This document shows positions 32,157-32,615 of a stretch of DNA of 32,615 bases, in pieces. The notes under the pieces are model-generated. The model was not told the DNA's origin. It ran no database searches and saw nothing but the letters and a program-made list of their open reading frames with translations. This DNA is from Anaerolineae bacterium. GTDB taxonomy: Bacteria; Chloroflexota; Anaerolineae; Aggregatilineales; Aggregatilineaceae. Position 1 is the stretch's first letter. The number at the start of each line of letters is the position of its first letter. The stretch is from the NCBI GenBank assembly GCA_020848665.1, contig JADLHR010000385.1, forward strand, positions 1-32,615. The letters are read 5' to 3'. The position numbers were made by a program, and so were the translations under genes.

Positions 32157-32534
32157 TCAGCTCGCGCCCAGCGCGGCCATCGCCGCACGGACCTCGCTGC
32201 GCATGATCTGCTCGCTGGTCGACTGCAGCGCCCGCGTCAGGTGATCGAGCGCGCCCGGAACGTCCGCATCACCCGCCGGCGGGTTCTGCACCCCCCGGTA
32301 GCTGTAGCGGCCGCGGATGAACTTGTCGAAGTGCCGGCCGGCCGACGGCGCCTGGCGGAACGCCTCGAAGTCCTCGGGCTGCACGCCGGCGTAGCGGTAG
32401 TGCCCGCCCTGCTTGAAGGTCACGCCCAGCGTGAGCGTCGCGGCGTCGTAGCCGATCGCGGCGATCTGTGACGACTCGACCGGCGCCATCGTGAGCGGGC
32501 CGGTGTAGAACGTGGGGGCGACAGCAATGGCCAT
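32157..32534 (-). CDS. KTSC-domain protein
   Basis: VESSQIAAIGYDAATLTLGVTFKQGGHYRYAGVQPEDFEAFRQAPSAGRHFDKFIRGRY fits the KTSC pattern (S..I..vgYd.....L.v.F..G..Y.Y.gV....f..l..A.S.G.yf...Ir). Confidence 0.72.
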   Translation of the reverse strand: MAIAVAPTFYTGPLTMAPVESSQIAAIGYDAATLTLGVTFKQGGHYRYAGVQPEDFEAFRQAPSAGRHFDKFIRGRYSYRGVQNPPAGDADVPGALDHLTRALQSTSEQIMRSEVRAAMAALGAS

Positions 32535-32567
32535 GTTAATTTTCCAGTCGGTGAAATGAGCGGTGGA

Positions 32568-32615
32568 TCAGCGCCGGCGGACCGCCAGCGATTCGGCCTG
32601 GTGAATGCGCACGCC
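32568..32615 (-). CDS. 3' end of a further minus-strand gene (15 codons plus stop); product unknown
   Basis: The reverse complement reads GVRIHQAESLAVRRR-stop with high GC3. Too short to evaluate. Confidence 0.25.
   Translation of the reverse strand, partial: GVRIHQAESLAVRRR

Larger units (their letters stand above)
1..32615. mobile_element. Temperate P22-like podovirus genome segment (prophage or phage DNA); phage genes run to both window edges
   Basis: Uninterrupted phage gene order: replication, RusA, TerS/TerL, portal, scaffold, coat, gp4-like, gp10-like, ejection proteins, tail fibres, lysis, serine integrase, early operon. No host housekeeping genes are visible. Confidence 0.9.

Noticed and set aside
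1-32615. tRNA, rRNA, CRISPR arrays, IS elements or transposases
   Set aside because: The intergenic space is tiny. The three gaps longer than 50 nt show no tRNA-like arms or repeat-spacer periodicity, and no transposase-like ORF is present.

Overview
The whole window is phage DNA with high G+C (roughly two-thirds by eye). It reads as a contiguous segment of a temperate P22-like podovirus or prophage.

Plus strand, 1-28008:
- the end of a replication module (initiator fragment, lambda-P-like gene, RusA)
- a short nin-like block (two hydrophobic micro-ORFs, a GroES-like fusion protein, three hypotheticals)
- TerS, TerL, a P22-type portal, scaffold and a P22-type coat
- three small post-coat ORFs, then gp4-like and gp10-like tail accessory proteins
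- a cupin+SET-domain protein and three large ejection/internal-virion proteins
- a tail-fibre/host-range cluster
- a lysis block (a small TM protein plus a lambda-R-type endolysin with an unusual C-terminal membrane domain)

One small membrane-protein gene (20222-20419) is inverted inside this plus-strand array.

Minus strand, 28032-32615: a large serine recombinase sits at the distal end of an early-left-type operon. That operon includes a KTSC-domain protein, a widely conserved unknown, a protein with a Lys-rich tail, and small ORFs.

Almost every gene junction is translationally coupled (ATGA, GTGA or TGATG overlaps). The few non-coding gaps therefore stand out: 9162-9365, 31952-32156, and the 23-nt convergent junction at 28009-28031.

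I saw no tRNA, rRNA, CRISPR array, reverse transcriptase/DGR or transposase.

My best candidates for something new, in order:
1. The cupin+SET (lysine-methyltransferase-like) protein inside the virion/ejection gene block.
2. The inverted membrane-protein moron at the position of P22 sieA/immI.
3. The endolysin fused to a multi-TM, holin-like C-terminal domain, in a lysis cassette with no recognisable spanins.

All functional calls rest on reading the translations and on remembered family motifs. No database search was possible, so they need HMM or structure confirmation.
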